From Crocinitomicaceae bacterium (GTDB lineage: Bacteria > Bacteroidota > Bacteroidia > Flavobacteriales_D > Crocinitomicaceae), in assembly GCA_022448165.1 (NCBI GenBank), contig JAKVAS010000001.1, positions 40,913-104,912 of the forward strand: a stretch of DNA of 64,000 bases, in the 5' to 3' direction. The notes under the pieces were generated by a model. The model made no database searches, was not told the origin of the DNA, and saw nothing but the letters and a program-made list of their open reading frames with translations. The stretch's first letter is position 1. Each line of letters begins with the position of its first letter. Both the position numbers and the translations under genes were made by a program. This document shows positions 27,793-37,480 of the stretch, in pieces.

Positions 27793-29603
27793 CCTAATTT
27801 TTTTCTTGGCAAGCTAATTTCATATTTCAGCCCAATATTTGGACCTCCCTGCAAAACTATATCTCCATTATTATTATTGACCAACTTCTTAATAATATAC
27901 ATTCCGACCCCTGTACCGGATATTGACTTATCCTCGGTAAACCGTTGAAACATCTGAAAGATCTTTCCATCAAACTCCTTTAAATCCAACCCCTTCCCAT
28001 TGTCTTCAAAAATGAAAACTGTTCGATCCTTAACATAATAAGATCCTACACTAATTTTTAGCCTACGTTCCTTAGACCGATACTTTATACTATTCGTTAA
28101 TAAGTTTTGAATAATACTTACCAGCTCAACCTTCGCACCATATATATTACCACCATTTTTGAATTCAATATCAAGTTCACAATTAACATCCTCTAATGCG
28201 CTCTTAAACTCAGGTAACATTTCTAAAAAAACATCTTCAATCTTTATTTCTTCCTTCTTTTCTACAATCTTCTCTATCCTAGAAAGCTCTAATAAGTCCA
28301 TTATGGTGTCCTCCAACCGGTTAGCCGATAAGTCCATGTTTTTCATAATTTCTGGTACCATAGAACTATCATCATTAACCTGATATTCTTTTAACATTCC
28401 AATCATATTTTTAATATTAATGACCGGTGATTTCAAATCATGACTAACCCGATAAACAAAACTATCTAAACTATCATTTAATGCAATCAACTTAACATTC
28501 TGTTCCTTTACACGTCTTTCACTCCTCCGTTTCCTTTTATATTCTCTATAAGCGAAAAAAGTAATTACCACAATTAAAACAAATAATGCTAGAAAACCAT
28601 AGATTACATTATACTGCTCCCTTATTTTCTTTAAGCGAGAGTCCAAAACAATATCGCTTTCAGCCAAGGCTCTTTCCTGTTTTTCTATTCTAGACATTTG
28701 AGATAAAATCATATTGCTTTGATTCTTAAGCTCTGCCTTTCGTTCGAAATAGCTTATGTCTTGTAATTTTAATTGAACCGACAAACTATCCTTTTGTGTA
28801 TTCTTTTCCTTTATTTCATACAGCAGTTTATCTAATTGTCGTCTTTGCAAACGAACCTCCCTCATCCGCATTATCAACTCCTCCTGGCCTTCTTTTAATT
28901 TCTCTTTTTGTGCCTTTATTTCCTCCCTTTGATGGATTAATTGTTCGTTTTGAGCATTTAAACGCGAATTTTGCTTTTCTATTTTTTCACTAAGCCCTTC
29001 TAGCTCCCCTATATAATTTTCAATAACCTTCTTTTCCGACTCTAAACGCTCAAAAACAGCTTCCCAATCCTTTTGCTTTACAATAGAAAAATTTAGAAGA
29101 CGAGGTAATACCACAAGCCCTGCACGTTTAATCTTTTCCTCGCTTACATTAAAATGAAACTCATTATCAAACTCGATGAAATTGATCATAGACTCATGAA
29201 ACCTATAATTCTCACTCACCAACAAAGTATGATTCGCATACATTTTAGGAAGAATTAACTGTAAGTCAATATTCGACCCTTCGTGCACATATAAAATATG
29301 CACATTTTCCACATCCTCTACCCTTTGATAATGGATTGTTTTAACCTCCTTATCCTTAACCTTTTTTTGTTTAGATGTTTTATTGAACTCATTAACCAGC
29401 CCCTCATAACCACTTCCTAAAACACCTATTCTAAAGGTTTCATCCTCATGAATACTAGGCCAAGTAATGTAATCCGTAAAATTATATATGTAAATAACAC
29501 GTTGTTTATTACGAATCGATTCTTTTTCATTAAAACCAGTTTGCGCTCTTATAGCGCCAAGTATTACAGTAAAAACAATTAATATGACTTTTTTAAGCTC
29601 CAT
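27789..29603 (-). CDS. Sensor histidine kinase with a periplasmic YfiR/DUF4154-like domain
   Basis: Signal peptide; YfiR-like segment RVIYIYNFTDYITWPS...ILYV; a ~170-aa coiled coil; one TM (YGFLALFVLIVVITFFAY); H-box SHDLKSP; and a C-terminal HATPase_c (GTGVGMYIIKK). Confidence 0.8.
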   Translation of the reverse strand: MELKKVILIVFTVILGAIRAQTGFNEKESIRNKQRVIYIYNFTDYITWPSIHEDETFRIGVLGSGYEGLVNEFNKTSKQKKVKDKEVKTIHYQRVEDVENVHILYVHEGSNIDLQLILPKMYANHTLLVSENYRFHESMINFIEFDNEFHFNVSEEKIKRAGLVVLPRLLNFSIVKQKDWEAVFERLESEKKVIENYIGELEGLSEKIEKQNSRLNAQNEQLIHQREEIKAQKEKLKEGQEELIMRMREVRLQRRQLDKLLYEIKEKNTQKDSLSVQLKLQDISYFERKAELKNQSNMILSQMSRIEKQERALAESDIVLDSRLKKIREQYNVIYGFLALFVLIVVITFFAYREYKRKRRSERRVKEQNVKLIALNDSLDSFVYRVSHDLKSPVINIKNMIGMLKEYQVNDDSSMVPEIMKNMDLSANRLEDTIMDLLELSRIEKIVEKKEEIKIEDVFLEMLPEFKSALEDVNCELDIEFKNGGNIYGAKVELVSIIQNLLTNSIKYRSKERRLKISVGSYYVKDRTVFIFEDNGKGLDLKEFDGKIFQMFQRFTEDKSISGTGVGMYIIKKLVNNNNGDIVLQGGPNIGLKYEISLPRKKLG

Positions 29604-32297
29604 CTAAAGCGTTAATCTTGCTCTCACATAATACATAGCACCCCTTGTTCCAAACTGCTGAACACGTCTACTATATGGGAATAGTCCATTATATACATTT
29701 GCTGAGTGCTTGTGTTTATCCGGTAATACATTAAAAACATTATTTCCGCCAATTGAAAACGCTATACGTTCATTAACGTGAAACGTAATGTTCAAGTCTG
29801 TGATGAGCTTTGCAGAAAATGTATCATCACGAGACTCAACCTTACCACTATATTCGTTTAACACCCAGTTTGACTTATCACCATCATCAGGATGAACATA
29901 TTTTATCTTTCCAAACAATGTTTCACGAACATCAAATGACCACTTATTATAAGAATAACTGCCCCTCAAAAAGCCTTTATTAATAGGTTGTCCGACTTCT
30001 AATCTCGCTATTTCCTCTCTATTAAAAATAATTTCCGCATTCTTAGTCATCATGTCGGAGCCTTGAATACTATCCGACACAACTGTTCTAGCATAATTAA
30101 ACCCTCCAAAAAGTCGAATAAGACCTTTATTGGTAACCCAGTTATATGATGCAGAAATATCAAACCCAGATGTCTTCGTGCTTATCGCATTGGTAAAAAA
30201 CTGTGCAGCTCCGGCTCCCAATGGAGACAATATCATTTCATATCCATCACTAAACCTTCCTGATAGTACAATTCTATCCATCAAATCAATAAAAAAGAAA
30301 TCAACATTAATCGTAAAGTTTTCCAGTGGTTTTCCAGTAAATCCGGCACTCACATTCTTAGAGGTCTCTGCTTTTAATCTTTCAATACCAAAAGCTTCCG
30401 CCATTGCGCTTTGATTATTAAACGTTCCAACCTGAGCAGGCACACCATCAATAAACTGAGTACTTAAATTATTAAAGTAAATCTGCTGTAAAGAAGGAGC
30501 TCTAAAACTAGTACTATATGCCATACGAACCGAATACTTCTTATCCATTTCATATCGTCCAGCAAACTTCCAACTTGTATTCGTTCCAAAATCACTAAAA
30601 ATCCCATATCTAACAGCTGTTTCTAACAATAAATTATTAAAAATATACCATTCAACATCACCATATATCGCACCACTACTTCTTCGTTTTGAAAGCTCAT
30701 CATTATTTCTAAAACCTATAAAACCCTGAGAACCAATAGCTCTAGGTGTTCCATCTGACAACGTATCTCCTCCATCTATCCAAGACTCTTCATCCCCCGC
30801 AATAATGGAATATGTTTCCGCTCTAAATTCAGAACCAAAGGCCATATCAATTTTATGCATAAAAAGTGAGTTCTTTAACCCCCTAGAGAAGTCAAGATTT
30901 GTAGTATTATGCCCATAATTAAAACCGCCAGCATGAAAATCTTTAGGAGATGCTATTCCCATTGAAGCATTATTGGAATTACGCACTGTATAGTCAAAAG
31001 TATTGTTACCAAAAGTACTACTCAAATCAATATACCACCCTCTCTTTTCACCCCGCACTCCAACAGTTGCCGACCTATCAAAGATATCCGTATGAATCTC
31101 AGGCGAAAACCCATTCGGGTGTAATTCTCTCACCACAATAGCCTCATCCTTTGGAAACCTATAAAACGCCTTTGACTCACCTTTTCGATAATTAAAACCT
31201 CCTGTTACATAGAACATACTTTTCTGACTCGTTGGAACTACAACATTCATAAACATCGCGGCATCAAATGCACTCGCAGCGCCAACCTCCATTACTCTTT
31301 TATCAGAATAACCCGTTTTCCCAAAAAAATTATTCTCTTCAATTAAAACTTTATCAATTGAATCATTATCACTGTATACATTACCTAGATAAGCACTAGA
31401 CCTGTTTAAGGAAGCTCTACGTCTAATTTCTGCCGTAAAATTCACAAATCCTTTATAAGATGATCCCGTTCCATAATTAACACCAAAGAACTGTTCTGTT
31501 CCCCCCGATTTAAATGTTGGCTGATAAGCTGTTACCAATGAAAAAGCATTTACTTGTTCTTTCAACACAATATTTATCACTCCAGCAATAGCATCTGAAC
31601 CATATTGAGCTCCTGCTCCGTCCCTCATTATCTCAACATGATCAATAGACGAAATTGGTATTGCATCCAGATCAGTGCTTACTGAGCCCCTTCCAATAGT
31701 ACCGTTTACATTTACCAATGAACTAGAATGGCGTCTTTTTCCATTAATAAGCACTAAAAACTGATCAGAACCCAGTCCTCTAATTGTTGACGGAGCAATG
31801 TGATCCGTACCATCTCCTATTGTTTGCCTATTAGAATTAAACGAGGGAATTGAATACATCAATAACTGGCTTAATGTAAGCTGAGCTGAAGATATTATTT
31901 CTTCATTCGAAATAATATCAATCGAAACAGGTGATTCTAGCTGACTTCTTGGTGAAAATCTCGAACCTATAAATACATCCTCATCAGCAGAGCTTCCAGG
32001 TTTTAATTCAATATTAATTATCGGATTTATACTATTGGTAGAAACTTCAACTTCAACTTCTTTGGTTTCATACATCAAATAGCTAGCTCTAACAGTGTAC
32101 TTACCGTGCCCCACCATAAAGCTATAAGCGCCTTTGATGTCTGTATTTGTCTTATTGTCAGCGCCTATTAATTCAACTCTTGCTCCAGGCAAAATTCCAA
32201 ACTCATCCGAAACGACACCTGTAATCGACCCGTTTTGGCTTAATCCTGTATTGCAAAAGATAAGTCCGACGATGAGCACCGCAGTTATTTTAATCAT
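29604..32297 (-). CDS. TonB-dependent receptor with an N-terminal carboxypeptidase-regulatory-like domain
   Basis: Signal peptide, then GSITGVVSDEFGILPGARVEL (CarboxypepD_reg-like), a plug region (IEIMRDGAGAQYGSDAIAGVINIV) and a C-terminal aromatic-rich barrel ending RARLTL. The stop abuts the kinase ATG (TAGATG). Confidence 0.88.
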   Translation of the reverse strand: MIKITAVLIVGLIFCNTGLSQNGSITGVVSDEFGILPGARVELIGADNKTNTDIKGAYSFMVGHGKYTVRASYLMYETKEVEVEVSTNSINPIINIELKPGSSADEDVFIGSRFSPRSQLESPVSIDIISNEEIISSAQLTLSQLLMYSIPSFNSNRQTIGDGTDHIAPSTIRGLGSDQFLVLINGKRRHSSSLVNVNGTIGRGSVSTDLDAIPISSIDHVEIMRDGAGAQYGSDAIAGVINIVLKEQVNAFSLVTAYQPTFKSGGTEQFFGVNYGTGSSYKGFVNFTAEIRRRASLNRSSAYLGNVYSDNDSIDKVLIEENNFFGKTGYSDKRVMEVGAASAFDAAMFMNVVVPTSQKSMFYVTGGFNYRKGESKAFYRFPKDEAIVVRELHPNGFSPEIHTDIFDRSATVGVRGEKRGWYIDLSSTFGNNTFDYTVRNSNNASMGIASPKDFHAGGFNYGHNTTNLDFSRGLKNSLFMHKIDMAFGSEFRAETYSIIAGDEESWIDGGDTLSDGTPRAIGSQGFIGFRNNDELSKRRSSGAIYGDVEWYIFNNLLLETAVRYGIFSDFGTNTSWKFAGRYEMDKKYSVRMAYSTSFRAPSLQQIYFNNLSTQFIDGVPAQVGTFNNQSAMAEAFGIERLKAETSKNVSAGFTGKPLENFTINVDFFFIDLMDRIVLSGRFSDGYEMILSPLGAGAAQFFTNAISTKTSGFDISASYNWVTNKGLIRLFGGFNYARTVVSDSIQGSDMMTKNAEIIFNREEIARLEVGQPINKGFLRGSYSYNKWSFDVRETLFGKIKYVHPDDGDKSNWVLNEYSGKVESRDDTFSAKLITDLNITFHVNERIAFSIGGNNVFNVLPDKHKHSANVYNGLFPYSRRVQQFGTRGAMYYVRARLTL

Positions 32298-32342
32298 AGT
32301 AAGACTTTTGAAATCGTTATTTTCAGCTTTGATAAAGCAAAT

Positions 32343-32705
32343 CTATGTTTTTTTCTCCACTTTTTCTTTAACCTTTCGGTGAAAAACATGTACTACACTG
32401 TCTTGATTTACAATCTTTAAAGTATCCTTATTTAATTGTAAAACCTCATGCCTAATCCCAGAAATACAAATCTCATTTTCAATTATTTTGAAATAGTGTA
32501 TAAATCCCCCTGTATTAACTTCACGCCTATTAAATGTCCACTGTCTACAAATAGAGTCAGTTTCTTCCAACCACTCGCCCTTAATTTTATCATACACACT
32601 GTTCTCAATTGCTTGTTTTTCAGAACAACTAAGTACAATTATAGATAACAACATAAAACAAACAATGTATATTCCTTTCACCTTTATTTCTCTTTGTCCT
32701 TTCAA
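32343..32705 (-). CDS. Small lipoprotein, function unknown
   Basis: Lipobox IVLSC; 120 aa; 45 nt upstream of the TonB-dependent receptor on the same strand. Confidence 0.5.
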   Translation of the reverse strand: MKGQREIKVKGIYIVCFMLLSIIVLSCSEKQAIENSVYDKIKGEWLEETDSICRQWTFNRREVNTGGFIHYFKIIENEICISGIRHEVLQLNKDTLKIVNQDSVVHVFHRKVKEKVEKKT

Positions 32706-32757
32706 CGATTAAGACTAATTTAGATCTTTAGGCGTAAGGTATCATCAATTTTTCAAA

Positions 32758-32765
32758 TACCTTTG
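32758..32765 (+). promoter_or_regulatory. Candidate -7 promoter box (TACCTTTG)
   Basis: Exact TAnnTTTG match 35 nt upstream of the ATG at 32800. Confidence 0.4.
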
Positions 32766-32799
32766 TTTTTTCCTATTCAACTTCATACACCCTTATTGA

Positions 32800-35049
32800 A
32801 TGAGTTCATTTTTTCGAAATTATCGCCTAGAAGTTCTTGTATTTATTTTTGCTTCAATAGTTATATGTTTTCTTTTTTACCCCCTTATTTTTGAAGCAAA
32901 TCAGTATACCTTTTCGCAAACAGGGGATGGGATAAAAAACTATTACACATTCATGCAACATGCAACCAATGATAGTTCTTTTTGGACTTTTGAAAGCATG
33001 AATTATCCGTATACCGAAAACATTGTTTTTACGGATGCTCAACCTATTCTTTCTTATATAATACGTTTCTTTGGTTTAGGTTCTTACTCCATTGGAATCA
33101 TGCATTTTTTAATGATCTTTTCCATTGTGTTTGCAGCACTTTTTCTATTCAAAATTTTACGCTACTATGATGTGCCTGTTGTTTGGTCCGCATTGTATTC
33201 CTTAGGCATAGCTCTTCTATCCCCTCAGCTAGTACGATTTACGGGTCATTTCTCGCTTTCCTACGTCTGTGCAATTCCTATTATTTGGTATTTAATTATT
33301 CGTTTACAAAAAACAGGAACAACAAGGTCTATTCTTACCGCTAGTATAAGCATCTTTATTTTGTTCTTTATTCACCCATATCTCGGTTTAATCTGTAGTT
33401 TGTTTTCACTCGCTTATTTTTTTATTCTATTCATTAAAAACGCCGGTTCTAGAAAAACAAACGCCCTACTTCTTTTTATTTTAGGTTTACTACCCATTAT
33501 TTGTTTTCAACTATTAATTACTCTTACTGACTCACATGTTGATCGACAATCCAATGAGCATATGTTTTATGAATACTATGCATCCTTCAGTTCTATTTTA
33601 GCACCAATTAAAGGACCAATGACAGGATTTAACAAGTACTTCAATCTAGAGGGTGTATCATGGGAAACACGAGTCTATTTAGGTACGGGATCTATTCTTC
33701 TTTTTTTAACAACAGTGTTTTGGATAGTTTTCCAACCTAAAAAAATTAAAGAAAACATTCAGTTATTGAACCCACAACTATGGACGACACTGATTGCTGC
33801 TTTTTTAATATTACTTTTTTCCTTCTGTATCCCTATGAAATATAATGGGTTTCGTTGGATAACTGAAATTGCACCTTCCCTAACGCAATTTAGAGTTTTA
33901 GGTAGGTTTGCCTGGTTATTCTATTATGTATTTGCTGTCATTGGAGTAATATATATTCATCGTATTTATCTACATAGTAAATTCAAACATCTCTTCTTTT
34001 TGGTTTTTAGCGTAGCTACACTGTTCACTTTTATAGAAGGTTATTACAACACTGTTCATACTGCAAATACTCCTGAGAAAAACAACCCTTTCCTTGATAG
34101 AAATATTGATGTTTCAACTAAAGAGGTAATCAATGAACTTAAAAAATATGATGCGTTTATCTTTTTACCATTTACGCATTTATCATCCGAAAAAATCTTT
34201 ATGAAGGGTAGTGAATCTTCCCTTTTACATTCATTTGTAATCTCACAAAAAAGTAAAAAGCCCATGATAAATACCACATCATCAAGAGTGTCTTTATCAG
34301 AAGCAAAAAAAGTACAAAGTCTTTTTGGGCCAAGTTATTGTAAAAAGGAGTTTATCTCCGACCTTCCAAAAAAGGACTCCATTCTAATCATTCATGATAG
34401 ATCTGAGCTACCTTCAGATCAGCAAGAATTGATTAATTTCTGCGAAAAAGTATTTGAAAACACTAAATATGTTGGATATTTACTCAATACCCAGCATGTC
34501 TACAACCCAAAGAAACGAAAAAGCATTCTAACTCGTAGAAATGCTCCAAATGTTTGGATGCCTGATAGTTCAAATGCCATTTATCAATATGATGATTTTG
34601 ATACATCATCCAAAACGGGCTTTTTAAGTGATGGCGTTTTAAAGGGAACAAAAACAATGTATAATATCATTAAAAGGTTTGAAAAAGAAGCGTTTCCTCC
34701 TGGAAATTATGAACTCAGCTTTTGGTATAATCTATCCATAGATCGGCCAGATGTTTTAGCGGTAGTTGAAACTAGGGGAGCGGACAATGAAGTCCAATGG
34801 TCATCTTCATCTCCAAGGTATTCAACACATTTTATAGATAATTGGGCATTTACAGCCATTCCTTTCACTTATACTAATGAAATGGATGGATTTCTTTTTA
34901 TGTTCACTGGAAACAATTCTAATCGTCCTTATGAACTTGATCATCTACTAATTAGAAATACAGATACAGGAGATTTATACAAAACAGTTAAAGATGGTCC
35001 AGGAAATACTTATGTTGTCTATAATAATCGATATTTAAGACTTAATTAA
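32800..35049 (+). CDS. Large polytopic membrane protein with a C-terminal soluble domain (possible GT-C-type glycosyltransferase)
   Basis: The 749-aa ORF has ~11 hydrophobic helices in the first ~420 aa, then a ~330-aa non-membrane domain. I recognise no named motif, and the function is inferred only from the neighbouring GT2 gene. Confidence 0.45.
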   Translation: MSSFFRNYRLEVLVFIFASIVICFLFYPLIFEANQYTFSQTGDGIKNYYTFMQHATNDSSFWTFESMNYPYTENIVFTDAQPILSYIIRFFGLGSYSIGIMHFLMIFSIVFAALFLFKILRYYDVPVVWSALYSLGIALLSPQLVRFTGHFSLSYVCAIPIIWYLIIRLQKTGTTRSILTASISIFILFFIHPYLGLICSLFSLAYFFILFIKNAGSRKTNALLLFILGLLPIICFQLLITLTDSHVDRQSNEHMFYEYYASFSSILAPIKGPMTGFNKYFNLEGVSWETRVYLGTGSILLFLTTVFWIVFQPKKIKENIQLLNPQLWTTLIAAFLILLFSFCIPMKYNGFRWITEIAPSLTQFRVLGRFAWLFYYVFAVIGVIYIHRIYLHSKFKHLFFLVFSVATLFTFIEGYYNTVHTANTPEKNNPFLDRNIDVSTKEVINELKKYDAFIFLPFTHLSSEKIFMKGSESSLLHSFVISQKSKKPMINTTSSRVSLSEAKKVQSLFGPSYCKKEFISDLPKKDSILIIHDRSELPSDQQELINFCEKVFENTKYVGYLLNTQHVYNPKKRKSILTRRNAPNVWMPDSSNAIYQYDDFDTSSKTGFLSDGVLKGTKTMYNIIKRFEKEAFPPGNYELSFWYNLSIDRPDVLAVVETRGADNEVQWSSSSPRYSTHFIDNWAFTAIPFTYTNEMDGFLFMFTGNNSNRPYELDHLLIRNTDTGDLYKTVKDGPGNTYVVYNNRYLRLN

Positions 35050-35811
35050 AATCTTTAAAAAATTTCCAAATTCTTTAAAAAGAATTTTCAACCCTACTTT
35101 CGAAAATACCACATTAGGTCTTAGCTCAACCGAGATTGTAGTGATCTTCAATTTAGATTTACTTGCCTTTTTTATAAATTCCAAATCAAACAAAAACCTA
35201 TCAATTGTAGTTTGAGCAAATATCCTTGCCCCCTTTTCATTAAAGCCCTTCAACCCACATTGAGAGTCATCTGTAGGAAGACGTAAAAAAAATTTCAATG
35301 AGCGGCGAAGCATTTTAGAAATTATCTTCCTTAAAAAGGGTGTCTTTTCATAATAATTATAATTACGATGCCCTAAAACAACATCATTACTATCTTTCAA
35401 AAGTTCATTAGATAACATAACCATATTTTCTTCTATATATGGAAAGTCAATATCTGTAAAAATGATATAATTCGATGAACACTCCATTACGCCCCTTCTA
35501 AGTGCAGCTCCCTTCCCTTTATTCACTTCCATTTTATGAATAGACGTTTTAATCACAGATGAGTCTAAAATCATCTGAACCCCTTCTTCGGTAACATTAG
35601 ATGTAGAACCATCATTCACTATGATCAATTCTAACTTACTATTAATCCTTGACTTTAATCGTGAAATAGTCTCTAACACGTTATTCTCCCATCCCTTAGG
35701 TGGATTGTAACATGGTAAAATGATCGCTATAGTTTTCTCTGCTGAAATAGAATAAATTATTATGGTGACAATACTAAGTAAAATTATAGATAAAACGCTA
35801 TTTCCAGTCAA
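35035..35811 (-). CDS. Family 2 glycosyltransferase (polyprenol-phosphate glycosyltransferase-like) with an N-terminal TM helix
   Basis: AIILPCYNPP...LIIVNDGS...FTDIDFPY (DxD-like) pattern; 258 aa. Confidence 0.75.
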   Translation of the reverse strand: MTGNSVLSIILLSIVTIIIYSISAEKTIAIILPCYNPPKGWENNVLETISRLKSRINSKLELIIVNDGSTSNVTEEGVQMILDSSVIKTSIHKMEVNKGKGAALRRGVMECSSNYIIFTDIDFPYIEENMVMLSNELLKDSNDVVLGHRNYNYYEKTPFLRKIISKMLRRSLKFFLRLPTDDSQCGLKGFNEKGARIFAQTTIDRFLFDLEFIKKASKSKLKITTISVELRPNVVFSKVGLKILFKEFGNFLKILIKS

Positions 35812-35828
35812 TTATGAAAATAGATCCG

Positions 35829-35836
35829 TAGTTTTG
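35829..35836 (+). promoter_or_regulatory. Candidate -7 promoter box (TAGTTTTG)
   Basis: Exact TAnnTTTG match 38 nt upstream of the ATG at 35874. Confidence 0.35.
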
Positions 35837-35873
35837 CCCTCGTTTCAACTAAAAACGCTATTAATTTCACTTT

Positions 35874-36578
35874 ATGTTAATTGGTCAAGATTTTGATAAA
35901 ATAGAATGGGATGTTCTTGGTTTGCATTTACTTGAACCAAATGCATTTTTTGGTGATATGTTAATCGCAATTGTTGGTTTTTACTTTGCTTATAAAACGG
36001 CTTCTCTTAAAAAAAACACACCTTTTTTTTCCTTTTGGAAGCTTGCTTTCATTTCTTTTGGATTCACCTTTATAACAGGTGGGTTCGGACATCTCTTTTT
36101 CCATTATTGGGGAGTTCCTGGAAAATACCTTGGTTGGTATGTTGGTATTTTTACTCCATATTTCATAGAGCAAGCAACACTTTCTCTTATACAACATACT
36201 AAACAAAAAAAGTTTTTAATACTTCTTAGTAAAATAAAGTTTATTATTGCGGTAATAGGTACGTCTCTAATGATCCTATTTATGGATCTTGAAAGTGATC
36301 CTACGCGTGGTATGAGTATAGTTACTCCTCATATTATCATTGGATTAGTATTCTGTCTTGGTTATCTTGGTTATATTTATTCAAAGCGCATTCATCGTAG
36401 CTTTACATATATGTGGATTAGTGTTATAACTATTCTTCCTTCCGCCATATTTCAATCACAAAAAATAAACTTTTTTCAATGGTTTGATCGAAATGATGTA
36501 AGTCATTTATTGATAATAATTGGAATGTTCTTCTATTTCGCCTGTATAAAAGCTTATTCCAAGGTAGTCATAGATTAG
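35874..36578 (+). CDS. Integral membrane protein (about 7 TM), unknown function
   Basis: The 234-aa ORF is hydrophobic throughout, and I recognise no motif. Confidence 0.5.
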   Translation: MLIGQDFDKIEWDVLGLHLLEPNAFFGDMLIAIVGFYFAYKTASLKKNTPFFSFWKLAFISFGFTFITGGFGHLFFHYWGVPGKYLGWYVGIFTPYFIEQATLSLIQHTKQKKFLILLSKIKFIIAVIGTSLMILFMDLESDPTRGMSIVTPHIIIGLVFCLGYLGYIYSKRIHRSFTYMWISVITILPSAIFQSQKINFFQWFDRNDVSHLLIIIGMFFYFACIKAYSKVVID

Positions 36579-36580
36579 AT

Positions 36581-37480
36581 CTATCTACCAACTTTTAAAG
36601 ATTGAATTTCTCTAATGGGATTTCCATCAGAATCCAGTGCATTAATCATGTAAATATAATTACCTTCTTTTACTGGATTTCCAAGTCTGTCAGTACCATC
36701 CCAAGTAAAATCAGTACTCCTAGATTCAAAGACCTGCTTTTGCGTTACAAAGTCTAAAATAATGATTTGGAAGTTTTCGAGTCTTTCAATTTTCAACGCA
36801 AAAACATCGTTAATTCCATCTCCATTCGGAGTAAAAACATTTGTATATTGTTGTATATAGTAAACGGGTTTCGGTGTTGTAATATTCCGTACCTGTTCAT
36901 CATCAATCTCAGGTTTATTAAAAGATTGCTCAGGTATAGAATCTCCTTTATTTGCTTCTTGACTGTTCGTTTTGTTATTTTCAGAACTACCCTTATCCGC
37001 TAATTCATTTCTCTCTACTAAATCACAGCCAATACAATCCTCATCAATAATCCCTTCGTTAAACACTAAAATAGGCATTTCAAACTCACTACTCTCAGAA
37101 CTCTCAATAGAATATGTATTCTCCTCGATTGTTAAATCATCCAGCGGTATGATATCTTCTTCCACTTTTAATTCAACTTTTTCATTGATTTCCCTTAATT
37201 CAACCTTTTCAATCTCTTCAACTGAACCTGAAGAGTTACTAATAATATTTTCCGAGACAGGCTCATTAGGTATAAGAATAACAGCTGTGGTAATTGTTAC
37301 CACAGAAATACTTACACCTATAATTATCTTAGTAAATAAAGACATACCTGTACTAGCAACCGTAGTAGCAGTAGTACCAAGTTGTGAAGCTATTCCATTC
37401 CATAAACTAGGATCTACTTTAGCTTCATAATTTCCCAATTTATGAGAAAATAATTCTTTTATTTCATCTTTACCTTCCAA
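36581..37480 (-). CDS. Single-pass membrane protein with a C-terminal T9SS type B (gliding-motility-associated, CHU_C) sorting domain; putative anti-sigma partner
   Basis: A ~45-aa N-terminal cytoplasmic segment, a TM helix (FTKIIIGVSISVVTITTAVILI), an acidic linker and a C-terminus FTPNGDGINDVF...WDGTD..G..V.EGNYIY. It overlaps the upstream ECF sigma gene by 11 nt. Confidence 0.6.
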   Translation of the reverse strand: MEGKDEIKELFSHKLGNYEAKVDPSLWNGIASQLGTTATTVASTGMSLFTKIIIGVSISVVTITTAVILIPNEPVSENIISNSSGSVEEIEKVELREINEKVELKVEEDIIPLDDLTIEENTYSIESSESSEFEMPILVFNEGIIDEDCIGCDLVERNELADKGSSENNKTNSQEANKGDSIPEQSFNKPEIDDEQVRNITTPKPVYYIQQYTNVFTPNGDGINDVFALKIERLENFQIIILDFVTQKQVFESRSTDFTWDGTDRLGNPVKEGNYIYMINALDSDGNPIREIQSLKVGR

